A stretch of DNA of 64,000 bases, from contig JANHCV010000013.1 of NCBI GenBank assembly GCA_025594325.1, positions 930,001 to 994,000 on the forward strand. Reading direction: 5' to 3'. Source of the stretch: Blastocladiella emersonii ATCC 22665. Its lineage: Eukaryota > Fungi > Blastocladiomycota. Positions within the stretch are counted from its first letter, which is position 1. The number at the start of each line of letters is the position of its first letter. Under the pieces are notes generated by a model. That model made no database searches. It was not told the DNA's origin and saw only the letters and a program-made list of their open reading frames with translations. Positions 41,518 through 54,421 of the stretch are shown here, in pieces. The translations under genes were made by a program, and so were the position numbers.

Positions 41518-41604
41518 CCTGTTACTTCACTCGGCGCGTCGGTACGCGTCGCGGGCGCAAGTTCCCAAAGGCGCTATCAAGGGAGCAAAAGGATCGAATC
41601 TACA

Positions 41605-44600
41605 TTACAATGTCTCGCCGCTACTCGTCAGCGCCTCGAGCGTGAGCCCGCCATTCTCGAGGAATTTGGCGATATTCGGCGTGTCCTTGAGCGCGGCGGG
41701 CGAGAGCAGGTGGAGGACCGAGCACAGCGACCTAGCCTCGCGGCGGAGCTTCTTGACGCCGAGCACAAGGAAAGACGCAACCGTGGCGACAATGGCCGCG
41801 ACCGTGGCGATCAGCATCACGATACACGACATCATCGAGTACGCGACGCGGCCCGACATGGTGCCGCGGAACACGTCGTTGGCGGCGGCGATGCGGTACA
41901 TGAGGTCCGCCGAGATGGCCATGGACAGCTGCCACGTCTCGACCTCAGGCGAGGCCGGGTCCGTCAGGTTGGTCAGCGTCGACGCCATCGAGTCGGCGAG
42001 CCGCGTCGTCACGTCAATGTACCGGTCCATCTCCGAGTCGAGCGGGAGCGACGCGATGGCGTTGGTGAAGCCGATCTCGGGCCGCTCAACCACGCCCGGA
42101 CACGCCGTCTTGACGCAGTCGCGCGGGTAGATGGTGTGCTCGGGGATCATGATCGACAGGCCGTTCGGGTCGTTGACGAGGATCGAGTGCTCGGTGAAGA
42201 GGTCGAGCAGCGTGCTCTGCACGCCTTTGACGCAGTCGGCTACACGACGGGGCGCAGAGTCAGTGCTCGAGCATGACGAATCAGAGCGCTCCGCACGCAC
42301 AGTTGGAGATGATGTGATCGGGCGAAAAGTACTCGATCGTGTACATGACGGCCTCGGTCATGTGGAACCGGCGGTTGGCGGAGAGCGTGAGCCGGTGAAT
42401 GTCCTCTCGCAGCGAGGTCGACTGGAGCGACGTGATGAACATGCCCGAGAGCAGGCCGCCGATGACGAGCAGCGCGACGCCCGCCGCGACCTTGTAGTTG
42501 CGGCTGCGATGCGGTACCGTGGCCGTGCTGGACCCGTCGGTGCCGGGCGACCGCCGCTTCATGTCGCCCTCGATCTCCTCCTCGGGGCTCGTCGCCGTGA
42601 CCTCGCGGAACGACTCGATCTCCTCCTCGATCGACGTCAGCATGTCGGCGGCCGCGCGCTTCGGGATCTTGCGCAGCAGGTTCAGCACGTGGTCCTGGTG
42701 CCGGAAGTACCGGTGGAAGACGGAGATGTACGCGACGCCAATGGTGAGCAGCAGGAAGAAGATGCTCGCCGCAAGCGCGATCATCATGAGCACGAGCATC
42801 TGCGCGGCGAGGTCCTCGTACTCGCGGATCGACACCTCGACCATGCTGCGCAGCGCGTCGAAGATGGTCTTGAAGTTGTCGGTCAGCAGCCGCAGCTCGG
42901 CCGTGTGCTGGAACTTGTACGACGTGAGCGCGCCGGGTGCCGTGAGCCCCGCGCTGATGCTGCCGGCCGCCAGGATCGACCGGAACACGTCCATGGGCGT
43001 CATGTCAATGGGCCGGAAGTTGGTCGCGTTGCGCGTCTCGTGCGCGCGGAGATGCGGAATGTCGGCAGCACCACCTGTGTCGTCATGTCCCACATGGCGA
43101 GCTTCGGCAGCGCCTAGGTCGTGTGCTTGAGCGTCGAGTTGAGCAGCGTCACGTACGACGCGAGCTGGTCGCGGTTGCCGTTGATGTTGGCGAACACGAG
43201 CCCGCGCATCGCCTTGAGCATGTCGAGCGCATCGGACCGGTTGGCCCGCGTGATGGCGAACTTGCTGAGGACCTCGCTTGTCAGTGAGAAGAAGTGCAGG
43301 CACGTAATGAACCCCATGCTCACGCCAATGAGCAGCAGGAGGCCCGGGATCAGTGCGCGCCAGAACTTGCGCAGCGGGGCGGCGACGCGCTCCTGCAGCA
43401 GGCGCCGCAGCTGCATCTTCTGCCGCTCGGCGCGCGAGATGGACGTGCCCGACGTGTGCGACGGCGCGCGCGCACCAGCGAAGAAGGGCCGGTCGCGGTC
43501 GCGGTCCCGGTCGCCCGAGAGCGGCTGCTGGCCGCGCTGCGCGGCCGTGAAGTCGTCGACCGACAGCGCGAGCTCGGTCGCGTTCATGAGCATCTGGCTT
43601 ACGGTGCGCGTCGGCCGCGTCGGCAGCGAGAGTGCGTCGACGGCGCCCGTGTTGGGCGAGATCATGCCCGTCGCCATGGGCAGGCTGCCGGCGGACCCGG
43701 CGTTGCTCGACGGCAGCCGCGGGAGCGCGGGCGCCGACTTGATGTTGGTCGTCTCCTCGGTCGAAATCGAGACAAACTGCGGCGAGTTCGCGCCCGTGCC
43801 CGGCGCGGGCATGGTCGAGATGCCGGGCGCGCTCGAAGCCGAGGCGAGCTGGTGTTGGACGAGAGGCGGCGGCGGCGGGATCGGGTGGCCGGGGCCGCCG
43901 GACGTGGCGAGCGGGGTGCTGCCTCCGAGACTCGAGTTGAGCTTGCTGGGCGAGTGGTGCATCATGGCGGGAGGTCCCGAATCGGACATGTCGCCGCCGT
44001 TCATCATGAAGCTGCCCTGGATCCGCCGAGAGTAGGACCTCGCGAGCCCGAACCCGAGCCCGCTCGCGCCGCTGACGACCGACGGCAGCGCCATGGTCTT
44101 GAGCTGCGACTCGTACGACTCGACTACACATGAGCGCGGGCGCGAGCGCGACAAAGTTAGACTCGAGCTGAGCGCAGATCCCCATCCACCGACAACATAC
44201 CCTCCTCGGCGAGCTCGAGAATCTGAGCCGACCGCGCGGTATCGGCGTCGACGCACGCGAGGAACTGCGCGTAGCTGCGGAGCGTCTGCTTGTCGCGGGG
44301 GCTGCGCTCGAGGATGCGGCGATAGCACTTGCGCGCGCCCGTCTGCGACTCGGCCAGGCGCATCACAATTGTAGCCATGAACTCGGTCGTGGCGCCAGTG
44401 CGGATCGCCTCCCACAGGTCGCGCACGCCCGCGAGCGCGGCGAGGTGGTGGCGCCGACATTCCCTGGCCAATGCGTCGAGTGCAGTACGGTCGAGTACGT
44501 GCTCGCCGCGATCGCGCGCACTGCGCTCCTGCAGGTACGCAAGGAACTTGACGTCGAGCGGCACGCCGTGGCGGCTCTCCTTGAGGTCGCCGAGCAGCTC

Positions 44601-46470
44601 GGACGCGGCCATGGCGCCGTCGGGCCCGTAGTACGCGGCGAGGTACGTGGCGGCGAGCAGGAGGAGAAGCGGGTGCTTCGGATGCTCAATGAGCCCGCGC
44701 TCGAGGAGCTCGAGCGCTAGCGCGTGCTGCGTCGGTGACGGGTTGTCACGAAGGAATCGAATGCCTAGCGACGAAAGCAAGCGGGGTCAGTGCACGGGAG
44801 TGGGCGACGGACAGCGACGCGAAGTACGCACAGACTTCCACCTGGAGCGCCGAGTCGAACACGTTCTCCCTCCGCTTGGGCTGTCGCGCCTTGGCCGCGT
44901 TAAGGGCGTCGGTCGACGTCCCCTTGAACAGCGTGTGTAGTGCGGATCCGCTCGGCTCGGCCGCCGTCGAGTGCGCGAGCGTCTCGAAGGCGCGCGACAC
45001 GGTGCTGTGCCGCCGGTTCTTGCGGTCGCCGAGCGTCGACGCGGGCCGGGCGGGCGACTCGTCGCCGTTCTGCGACGGCGTGCCGGGCGAGATGAGGCCC
45101 GAGGACAGGATGGTCGTCTCGAGCGTCGTCTGGACCGTGGGCTTGGTCGTCGAGACAGCCACCGACATGCGGCGCGTCAGGGTGCCCGCGCGGCGCAGCG
45201 TGGACATGGTCAGCGGCAGGATCGCGTCGCCGGGCGCCAATGGGTTGACGTTGCTCGCACCGCCGATGCCCGAGGTGCTGGTCGCCGCGCTCTCGGGCGA
45301 CGTCTCGCCCGCGCTCTCGCCGCGCGCGACGACACGGTGCCACGTCTTGATGACGCGCTGCAGCTGGTGGTCGGCCGACCACTTGCTGCCGTACGCGCCG
45401 CCGACGAACCCGAGGATCGCGGCCGGGATGAGCGCGAGCCACGCGCCTTCAGGCTCGCCGACGGCGTGCACGATCATGGACGCGACCATAGACATGCACG
45501 CGGCCATGGTCAGGCCGATCCGGAGCATGGTCATGCGCGCATCGAAATAGGGCTGGGCGCGCGCAAACTGCAGCGACAGGTACGCGAGGCCGGCGGCGAC
45601 GAGGACCATGTACGCCCACTTGCCCGCGGTGCCGAGGTCGCGCAGGAACACGTCGAGGAACACGAACGTGATGCGCATCGAGACGGCGAGCAGGTCGGTG
45701 CGGCCGTGCGCGCGGGCGAGCGGCGACTTGGAGGTCGGGGAACACTCGATAAACACCACAGATCCGACGAGGATCAGCGGGATGAAGATGGCGAGCGAGA
45801 TTGAGTCGAAGATGAGGAGCGGGAGGTGTTGCGACGACGTGCACGAGACGTTGAACTCGGGGATCACGCCGCCGATACAGTGGATGCCGACCATGAAGAG
45901 CCCCGTGATCGGGATGCTGAGCGCGGTGCAGAGCAGCGTGCACAGCAGGCGGAGCGTCTGAAGCGCGCTGATGGGCGCCTTCATTTGCCGGTGCATGAGC
46001 GAGGACACGATCATGATGAGCAAAATCGTAGTCACGACCATGCAGACGGCGATCGCGTTGGCCACCGTGTACGAGAAGTAGTCGGTGAGCAGGCGCGTCG
46101 GCTCGGTGATGGCGGCGAGCGCGAACGATAGATCGTGGTGGAGATGCTTGTTGAACGCGAACGAGGTCCATTGGATCTCTTCGACGAACTACAACAAGGG
46201 AGGGAAGTCGCGGGTCAGCTCGAGGGGTTCGAACCGCGTAGCCCGGATGCCACACACCGTGAGCGCCCACGAGAGGGCGGGCGGGTGCTCATTGTCGCGG
46301 GTCGTGATGTAGGCGACCTGGAACACGGTTTGCTCGAGGGCGTTGACGGGGACGAGGTTGTTGAGGTCGGTGCGGCGGCTCGGCGCGCCCGACTTGGCGT
46401 CGGCGCGGTCGCCCGCCTCCTCGTGCGCGAGCACCGTGTCGTCGAATTGGATGTTGCCACCGCCTTGCAT
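41605..46470 (-). CDS. multi-exon TmcB/TmcC-like multipass membrane protein with TPR region
   Basis: N-terminal TM bundle (AHGRTDLL, AQPYF), TPR-like exon (ARKCYRRILERSPRDKQTLRSYAQFL), further paired TM segments; GT-AG introns between ORF pieces. Confidence 0.7.
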
Positions 46471-47140
46471 GGTGTTGGCCGATCTATAGAGTAGCTTTCA
46501 TGGCTAAAGAGCTGATCGGGATGGCGAGTCGTCGCCGACTCGGATCGCATTCATGGCAACGCGAAGCGAACGGGTGGGGCGTCCCCCATCTCCGCGCCCG
46601 ATGGGTCTCCTTGCACCAGGAGTGCATGTAGCCAGGGGTGCGGTTCTCCCGCGATGCCCCCGTTGCGTGAGTAATCGCCGAGACGCGTCTCGCAACGCGC
46701 TGGAAAACGCGTCTCGCACCGCGCCAGCCATACGCACGTGACGTGATTTTCGTTTCGACGATCACCATCGCGGAGACCCATACATAGTTACGAATAAATG
46801 ACCTTATGCAATGAACTCGGGATGGTCTTTATCACGCGTAGTACGGCGCTTTTCGACAGGTTGTTCTGATCGGCGTGCATGGCTCAGCCATCGCGCAGGG
46901 GAAAGGCGGGGGGAGCTCATGTGCAGCACTTTGAAGATCTATTCGGCACGTAATACAGAAAGTTTGAAGCACGATACGACTTGATGCCAAGCGTCGCCCG
47001 ACGCGTCGCCGCGGCCACGTGGCATCGCGACGTGTCGCTCGACTATTAGTCGAGCTGTACTTGATGTTGCGTGTGACCAAGTTGAGTTGGCGAGATCGAA
47101 TGCTTGAGCCGCTTAGAAAGCGAAGCAAATCGTTCTGAAA

Positions 47141-48811
47141 TCAAATTAGCACTCGGACGCCGTCATGCGCGGCGCGTAGCATGGCCCGCCTCCCGTCATC
47201 TGTGATTCTGCGGTTGTATTCGAGATTGAGAGTTGCTCCGTGGAATCGCTTTTCGAGCAGCAAGGCTCCGGTGTCCGAAATTCGGTTGCGTTCGAGATCC
47301 AGGTAAGTTAAAGTTGCGGATAACTCGCCTGGAATCAGCTCGGCGAGCAGTGTGTCATTGAGACCCGCAGATTTGAGCTCGAGGGTCTCTAGGCGTGTAG
47401 CCAAAAGTGAGAGTGACCGACAACCATTGAGCGTGATCGTGGCATTGTTCATTGTGAGGCGGCGCACAGTCATGTTCTGGCCGAGTACCTCGAGAACGGT
47501 GTTGGTCCTAGTCCAGCCATCAAGCGACACAGAGACGAGCACAGGATGACCGACCAGCACTATTGCTGCAGTCGGCGAAAGTCTGATGTACGAGAGGTCG
47601 ACGGTACGGATCGTCTCGGGAAGTGATGTGGGCAACACTGGCTCCTGGTGGATCGGAAACTCGGCACGGTTGAGGTGCAGCTCTTCCAAGGCGGGAGGAA
47701 GCGAGCATAAGAGCAAATGAGAGGTAATCAAGTCGAACTTGACATTGTTGAGCCGAAGAATCGCAAGGCTCGCGGGGAAGGACCAATCTGACTGCTTGTT
47801 ATCGCCGAGTGGGTTCGACGACAAATCTAGGTCCCGCAGATTGGGTGGAAGCTTCGAGGAAAGCGCGCCGAGTCCAGCGCCTGTGATTTGGTTGTGCTGA
47901 AATTCCAGGCGCTCAAGGGTTCGCGGAAGCAGTTCAGCCGCGGCAAGTGCGGCTGTGTCGTCAAGTGAGGATCCCTGCAGATTGATTGACTTGAGCGACG
48001 CAGGAAAGCCCTGTTTCAGAAGAGCGAGGAGCGAACTCGTCAAAGTTCCCGTGCATCCGCCAAGCGCAAGCGATTCGAGGCGTGGCGGCCAAGCCACCTG
48101 CGGATCGATCCTCGAGCAATCGAGCCAAGTGTTGCTGAGGTCTAAAGTCACAAGGGTTGACGGAAGCCAGAGCAGATGAAATCGAGGCAGGTCGATCGTC
48201 GACCGGGCAAGTGAGAGCGAGTAAATAGGTGCGTCCGAGGCAAAGAACGCGTCATTGATCGCCATGATTCCATCCATGTCGATCGACTGGCCCTCCAAGC
48301 AAAGATCGGCGATCTGGCCGGCCGCGAGGTCTCCGACTACGGCATTGACACCCGCGTTGGTGAGCGGCACAGCTTGCGTTGAGATCTTCAGCATCGCGAA
48401 GTCTTCTAGAAAGCACTTGGGGCCATTGATCTTGCCCAACATGAGCAGGGCGGCAAGCTTCGAGTACATTGTGCCGCGAAGCATTGGACAAGTGCCGCCG
48501 ACGTCCCGCCACCATTCTAGCGACTTCAAACGACGTCGGCGCTCAGCATCCACAAGCGCTGCTGGCGAAAGGGTGAGCGGAAGGCCGGACGTAAGCCAAA
48601 CGTTGAGCGCCGCGACTCGCCCATCAGCGCTCGCTCGATCCATGGAGAGGGCCGGACAGCGTTGCAGGATGGCGAGCAGGACGCGTGGGGCCTGCCAGCG
48701 CGGAAGAACGCGCGAGTATTGCGCGAAACCAGTCACGTCTTCTGGGTCATCGTGTGCCCAGACGGCGCGCCAGAGGATCGACTCTATGATAGCAAGTACT
48801 GTGAGTTTCAT
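47141..48811 (-). CDS. F-box/ankyrin-like N-terminus plus RNI-like LRR protein (556 aa)
   Basis: Many LxxLxLxxN repeats (LRDLDLSSNPL, LTYLDLERNRI); N-terminal MDRASADGRVAALNVWLTSGL. Confidence 0.8.
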   Translation of the reverse strand: MKLTVLAIIESILWRAVWAHDDPEDVTGFAQYSRVLPRWQAPRVLLAILQRCPALSMDRASADGRVAALNVWLTSGLPLTLSPAALVDAERRRRLKSLEWWRDVGGTCPMLRGTMYSKLAALLMLGKINGPKCFLEDFAMLKISTQAVPLTNAGVNAVVGDLAAGQIADLCLEGQSIDMDGIMAINDAFFASDAPIYSLSLARSTIDLPRFHLLWLPSTLVTLDLSNTWLDCSRIDPQVAWPPRLESLALGGCTGTLTSSLLALLKQGFPASLKSINLQGSSLDDTAALAAAELLPRTLERLEFQHNQITGAGLGALSSKLPPNLRDLDLSSNPLGDNKQSDWSFPASLAILRLNNVKFDLITSHLLLCSLPPALEELHLNRAEFPIHQEPVLPTSLPETIRTVDLSYIRLSPTAAIVLVGHPVLVSVSLDGWTRTNTVLEVLGQNMTVRRLTMNNATITLNGCRSLSLLATRLETLELKSAGLNDTLLAELIPGELSATLTYLDLERNRISDTGALLLEKRFHGATLNLEYNRRITDDGRRAMLRAAHDGVRVLI

Positions 48812-49231
48812 GAGCTTCGTGGTTGTTTTCGGCGGGTGAGAGGGAGAGAGAGAAAGAGCCGCTCGAGGGGCGTCGAGGCGAAAAGTGCAACGCCACCCGA
48901 AACCGTCACGGGACCTGGGTCATGTGAGCTCACGCCATTTCGCGACGCGTCTCGCACCCGCCGCGAACAACGCGCCAGCGGGTTTTCGTCCCGCACCCCG
49001 CATCCCCCACTTGAGAAACACGTCGCAAGGTCACAAATTTACTCGTGTGGGCTCCAGTTCGCAAAGTCAAACACAAGGCAGCTCGCCACTTGCGCCACTT
49101 GGGCGAAAACTTTGAGTGCTTGGGCCCGCTCGACTGTGTCTCGCACTGCTCGCCAACTAAGCGCAAAGGGGAGAGAATTTCTGCAAGCTCGCTCTCCTCA
49201 GCAAACTCGCAGATGAATCAGGAAAGCAAAC

Positions 49232-51194
49232 GTGATGGATGACCGCCGAGCCTCCTCAACGAGCACCGCGAGTTCTGCGCAAACAGTTGCGGGCTCAGAC
49301 CATGAGCTGTTGCCCTTGCTCAACACCCGGAAGGGCAGCAGCGGCCAGCACGAGCGTCGACATCGGCGGCGGCTCTCGACTCACGGGCGCGCGAATGCCG
49401 GCCAGGCTAAGCCGCGGTCCTGTATCGATTCAGCTCGGCGCGGACCGCTGAGGTATGCGATCAGCGCTACCGTCCTAATTGTGACTTGCGTGGTGGTAAG
49501 TCTCGTTGCTTACCTCGCGGGGATCCTCTGCGCCAAGGAAAACCTCAGCAAGTGGGGCAGCGTGCTCGCAGACAATACTCGGGCCATCTACAATTTCTTG
49601 ACATGGACGCTCGCCGATGTTCTATTCCGCTTGCACTTTTCAATCGTCTACTCCGTTCTTTCGAAGATCGCGTGGTCACGGTCGCGTATCGCCTTTACTT
49701 TGTTGGGCTGGCTGCAACATCGGCCAATCGCATAGCCGTCGTCCAACTCGGAGCACCTACTGCCGTCTACAACCTCGCGGTCAAGCTTTGCGACCACTTT
49801 CAGTACCTGTATCTGCTTGTGTTCCTCCCGCTCGTCTTGTATAGCCGAGTCCGGCGGCTAACCAAGCTCACCGCCTCGCCGATTCCTCACCAACCTCTCT
49901 TCTCCTTTTTCTGGGCGGCCACGCTGGCCGCTGTCGCGTACTGGACCTCGTACTGGACCACGTCGGCGACTGGAGCCGCAGCAGCCATGGCGGCATCTTT
50001 CATTGTCGCGTTGCTCGCGTGCCTGATCGCGTACCGCGCAATGGCTCGTCATGACCTGTACTCGCGGCACTTTGGATACTCTGCGCTCCTTCGTATCGGT
50101 TACCACCTCACGCGCGGCATCCCGAAGCTCATGTACACGGTACTATCGACGAGCGGTGGTGCGGCCAACTCGACTTGGGTCATTTTCGGATCTCGCATGC
50201 TTTACGCGACGTTTGTGCTCCACATCGATGATTTCATGTTCGGCGCGTTCGGGAATCCGACCATGTGGGGCACGTTTTACACTCGGGTACGCTCAAACTG
50301 CTGAGACCTTCAGCAGATTTCTCACACTAGCGTTGCATGTAGATCGGCGAGGCTCCTGTCACAACCTGCGCCATCATGAACTACATCAACGACGCGACCG
50401 ACCTGCTCGTTTACATGCCCGGCAACATCATTATGACGTCGCTCAAGGACTCGAGTATCGCCAAAGACATCCGTTTCCTTCGCGCTCACGGGTACTGTGT
50501 GCTTTCACCAAGCGCGGCCACCGACGATGGGATTGATCCGAGCAGCGTCGTATCCGCGTCCAGCAGTGCATCTGGAACGGGCGTCGTCGGGCCAAGTCCT
50601 TCTCGAGTTGGCGAGATTGACGCAGCCGCCCCTAATTCGCACTTTACGGCGCAACCTGTGGCCACCGGCAAGGCCGCCAAGCTTCAGCTTCTGGCTTTTG
50701 ACCTGCGGCTCCAGCTCGCGCGGTCAGAAATGATGCTGATTGCGCGCATCGGCGCCATTCTCATCTACCTCGTTTGCCTCTGTGCTGCTTACGCGTGCGG
50801 CCTGACCAACCCGACGAAAATGCAATTCCCGACCTCAAAACCACTCGCAATTGGAGCTTCTCGTCGGTATTGTTGTCGAGATCATCGTCTCGCGCGTCGT
50901 ATCGTCGATTTCCGATGGAAGGCCACGCGGCTTCGCGGCTTGGCCAGTAGCGAGTCGCGATCCGGTTCGGTCGCGGCTGCTTTCTCAGGCGGGTCCACCG
51001 CCGCGAGCTCCATTGCGAATAGTAGCGGGGCCGCGGCTGAGCTGGTGCAGCCGCCGCCCAAATCCTCGCCGCGGATCCGGCTCGGACTGGCGCTGTGGTT
51101 GACGGCGCTCCTGTCCAACTCCGAGTTTTTCTTCCTGGTCCTCTTGTCGTCGGCCTGGACTTGCTCAGTTCAGATGGGACCTTGGACTATCTAA
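49232..51194 (+). CDS. multi-exon multipass membrane protein, unknown function
   Basis: Successive ORFs with hydrophobic helices separated by short intron-like gaps. Confidence 0.4.
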
Positions 51195-51293
51195 CGCGTG
51201 GTCCTCAATACGTGGTCGCGGCTGAACTAAGGTCGACAATTGTATCAACGGAGAGGAAGAGAAAAAAAAATAACACACAGCTTGGATGCGAAA

Positions 51294-53007
51294 TCAAAGC
51301 ACCACGCGAACACCAGCACGCGCAGCCTGCATGGCCGCGTTTTTGCCATCAGCGGTCATGCGCATGTTGCCCTTGAGGAGGAGGATTCCGCGCTGGAAGC
51401 GCTCAGCGATGAAAAGCGCGCCAGCGTCCGTCAGTTCGTTGGATGAAAGATCCAAGAGCGTCAGGGTGCGAGGCGGGTCGGTTGCGAACAGCTCTTTCAG
51501 AGTTCTGTCGCTCATAGACAACTTGCGAAGTTCCAAGGAGTGAAGCTGCGGAATAAGCGAACCGAGCGCTTGGTGACAGCGCTTGAAGCGCGCGCACTCG
51601 CTGAGATCCAGGTGGCGCAGCGCCGGGTTCTTCGCCAGGTGGCCCACGACGAGAAGCAATTTGGGGTAATTTTGAAGTGAGATGGAAGCGAGATCAGGAA
51701 GCCGAGCAATCTCGATAATCGCATTGGAATCAAACCGTGTGTGCGAGAGATTGATCCTGCGGAGCGAACGAGGCAGCGCAGCAGCCAGCAGCATGTGTCG
51801 AGTATAACCATGAATGCCAGAACAGTTGACTGACAGCTCCTTAAGGCCAGCGGGAACCGACTGAAGTAGTTCGTGCGAAAAAATGTCGACAGCATCAAGG
51901 ACAAGAGTCGCAAGGCCTGGGGGGAATCGGAAACTCGATGCACTCCCTTCGTCAAGTGGATTGACCGAAACATCAAGCTTTCGAAGGCTGGGCGGAAGAC
52001 TGGGGCAGAGTGCGCCCAAACCAGCACAAGTGATTTCGTTTCGCCCAAGCACCAAAGTTTCAAGCGAGTGCGGGAAGAGCTGGACCGCTTCCAAAGCTGC
52101 GGCGTCATCCAAGCGGCAGCTCTGCAGATCGATTGACTTGAGCGTGTGCGGGAGGCCGCGCAGCACCTTGAGCACGGAGCTTGGTGACCTGCCAAAACTA
52201 TTTGCAAGGGCAAGCGATTCGAGTCGCGGAGGCCATACGACCTGGATATCCGTGCCGCGACACGTGAGCCAGGTATTGCTGAGATCAAGCGACACGAGGT
52301 TCAGCGGAAGCTGAAGGTCAAGCAAGCGAGGGAGGTCAATCGTGGACCCAGCAAGCGAAACTGCAGTAACGTTGCATTCCGACGAGGCAAAGGCAACGTT
52401 GAGACTCCGGATACCTAAAATGCTGATTGTTTGGTGCTCGAGCGAAAGCATGGTCATCCGACCGGCAGCAAGATCATCAAGGATTGCAGTGACCCCCTCG
52501 TCCGCCACTGCACCGTTTTTCTACCGTGGAACGGACGGAAAGTGGGTGAGTTTACTGTTTTCCTCCACACATATCCTCGAACAAACGCACCGTCCAGCGA
52601 ACGGTCCCGTTCATTACGCGTTTACGAAAGCCAAGCGCAGTAAGGGTTGAGTATTTGATGTCACGGAGGTCGAGCACCGACGTTGGGTGGTAGTTCGATT
52701 CCCGCCACCATTCGAGCGACTTCAGCTGTCCTCCAAGACCTGCTTGCACAATACCATGCTGGGTGTAGTCGAGCGGCAGGCCCAAAAAGTACCGCAGGTC
52801 CAAAACCGCGACGCGGCCATCTTTCGTCGCGTTTTGCGCGGAAAGCCTTGGAGAGCAGAGCAAGATAGCGCGAAGGACGCGCAGAATCTGGTCGCGCGGA
52901 AGCACTCGGGAGTACTGCGCGAGCCCAGCAATGTCGTTGGGGTCGTCGTGTGCCCAGACGGCGCGGCAGAGAATCGACTCGATGATGGTCGGTATAGCAA
53001 GTTTCAT
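51294..53007 (-). CDS. LRR protein, two-exon paralogue of 47141-48811
   Basis: Exon 1 MKLAIPTIIESILCRAVWAHDDP matches MKLTVLAIIESILWRAVWAHDDP; the LRR exon ends AARAGVRVVL. Confidence 0.75.
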
Positions 53008-53195
53008 TTACGGGTTCATAAGTTTCATACTTGGGGCGGCGGCAGGGAGAGCGAGGACTGGCTGCGGGGCACTGCGGTGAGAAGACGAACGCCGCCGCCG
53101 ACCAGGCCGCCGACGTGGCGCGACCCCGTTTCGTCCTCCCCTCCCTTGCGCAACTCTCATACCAACGCACCACACATGTAACTTGCCGCAACGCC

Positions 53196-53768
53196 ATGGA
53201 CTCGATCACCTTGCTCTTTGTCCTCGTCATCGCCTTTGGCCTCGCGAGTTTCCTGATGGGTGCGCTGCCGCCGCACGGTCCTCGCTCGCGCCGTCGCGCC
53301 ATCTCACTCCACCAACCCCACTAGGCGGCCCGGCCCCATCCAACGGCAGCGGGGCGCGCCCGCCGATGGGCCGACACCTGGTGACCGACGAGATGATCGC
53401 GCAGGTGCTCGCCATGTTCCCGGACCTCGACCGCGCCGACGTGCGCGCCGACCTGTCGGTCACGGGCGCCGTCGAGGCTACCGTCGAGCGCGTGCTTGCC
53501 GGCACGTTCTACCGGTCGCCACCGCCAGCGGTACGTTCAACCGGGCGTTTTGGGGGATGTGGGACTAAACCCGCTCGTGTAGGCAACAACGACGGCGACT
53601 CCCGCAAACGGCGCTGCGCGCTCTCGTACGGCTGTGGATGCGTCCAAACCGTCCGCGACCCCCGCGTGGTCGTCGCTGATCACGAACGCGTCGCTCGCGG
53701 AACGGCGCGCCGAGATGGTCGCGCGCGGCCGCGCCGGGTTCCTTGCGAAGCATCCCGTTGCGCAATAA
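53196..53768 (+). CDS. membrane-anchored CUE-domain protein (Cue1/Cue4-like), spliced
   Basis: N-terminal TM (MDSITLLFVLVIAFGL); CUE motif VTDEMIAQVLAMFPDL...DLSVTGAVEATVERVL. Confidence 0.75.
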
Positions 53769-54421
53769 ACGACCCTCGTGGTCTACATCTTGCACTATCA
53801 CTGCCTCGCCCTCGTGTACAGCGGACTTGTCGAATCCGCCACGGTTTTGAGGGATTCGGCCCGGTTCGCTGGCCTGTGAACGACGCGACGCAGGTCCGCG
53901 TCTGCGTAGCACGAGTGCTGCCGACCGCCTTGTCCATCCCTTGTGCCGAGAGCAGCGCCGCGTCAGTGGATCTCTCGTGGATGCGCGGATCCCTCGCTCG
54001 CCCCAAAACTGTCCGACACGGCGGACCGCGGACCCATCTCCCTCCTGCTCCTAAACACTGACCTCCTCGTCTCTGCCACGCTCATACCGTGCACCCGGAA
54101 GCCGCTCCGCGCCAGTGCCTTTGTCGTCAGCCCGCAAACGGTCCGACGCGGCGAACCGCGGCTTCCCGACCCGTCCATCGCGAACTGTCGACAACGTCGT
54201 CCCTGTCGCGCTTCGGCCGTGCACCGGGAGCCCCTCCGCGCTGGCTTATCCTTCGCCGGTCCGCGACCACCGACCACATCGTGCCGCTCATGCTCCTGCC
54301 GCGGAGCACCGTGAGCCGCTCTGCTTTAGCGAGTCCCTCGCATGTCCGCGACTCTCCTCCCGTCCCGCACAAGACCCATCCAGCCCTCACGACCTGCCAC
54401 CGCGTACAGCCAACACCGCGT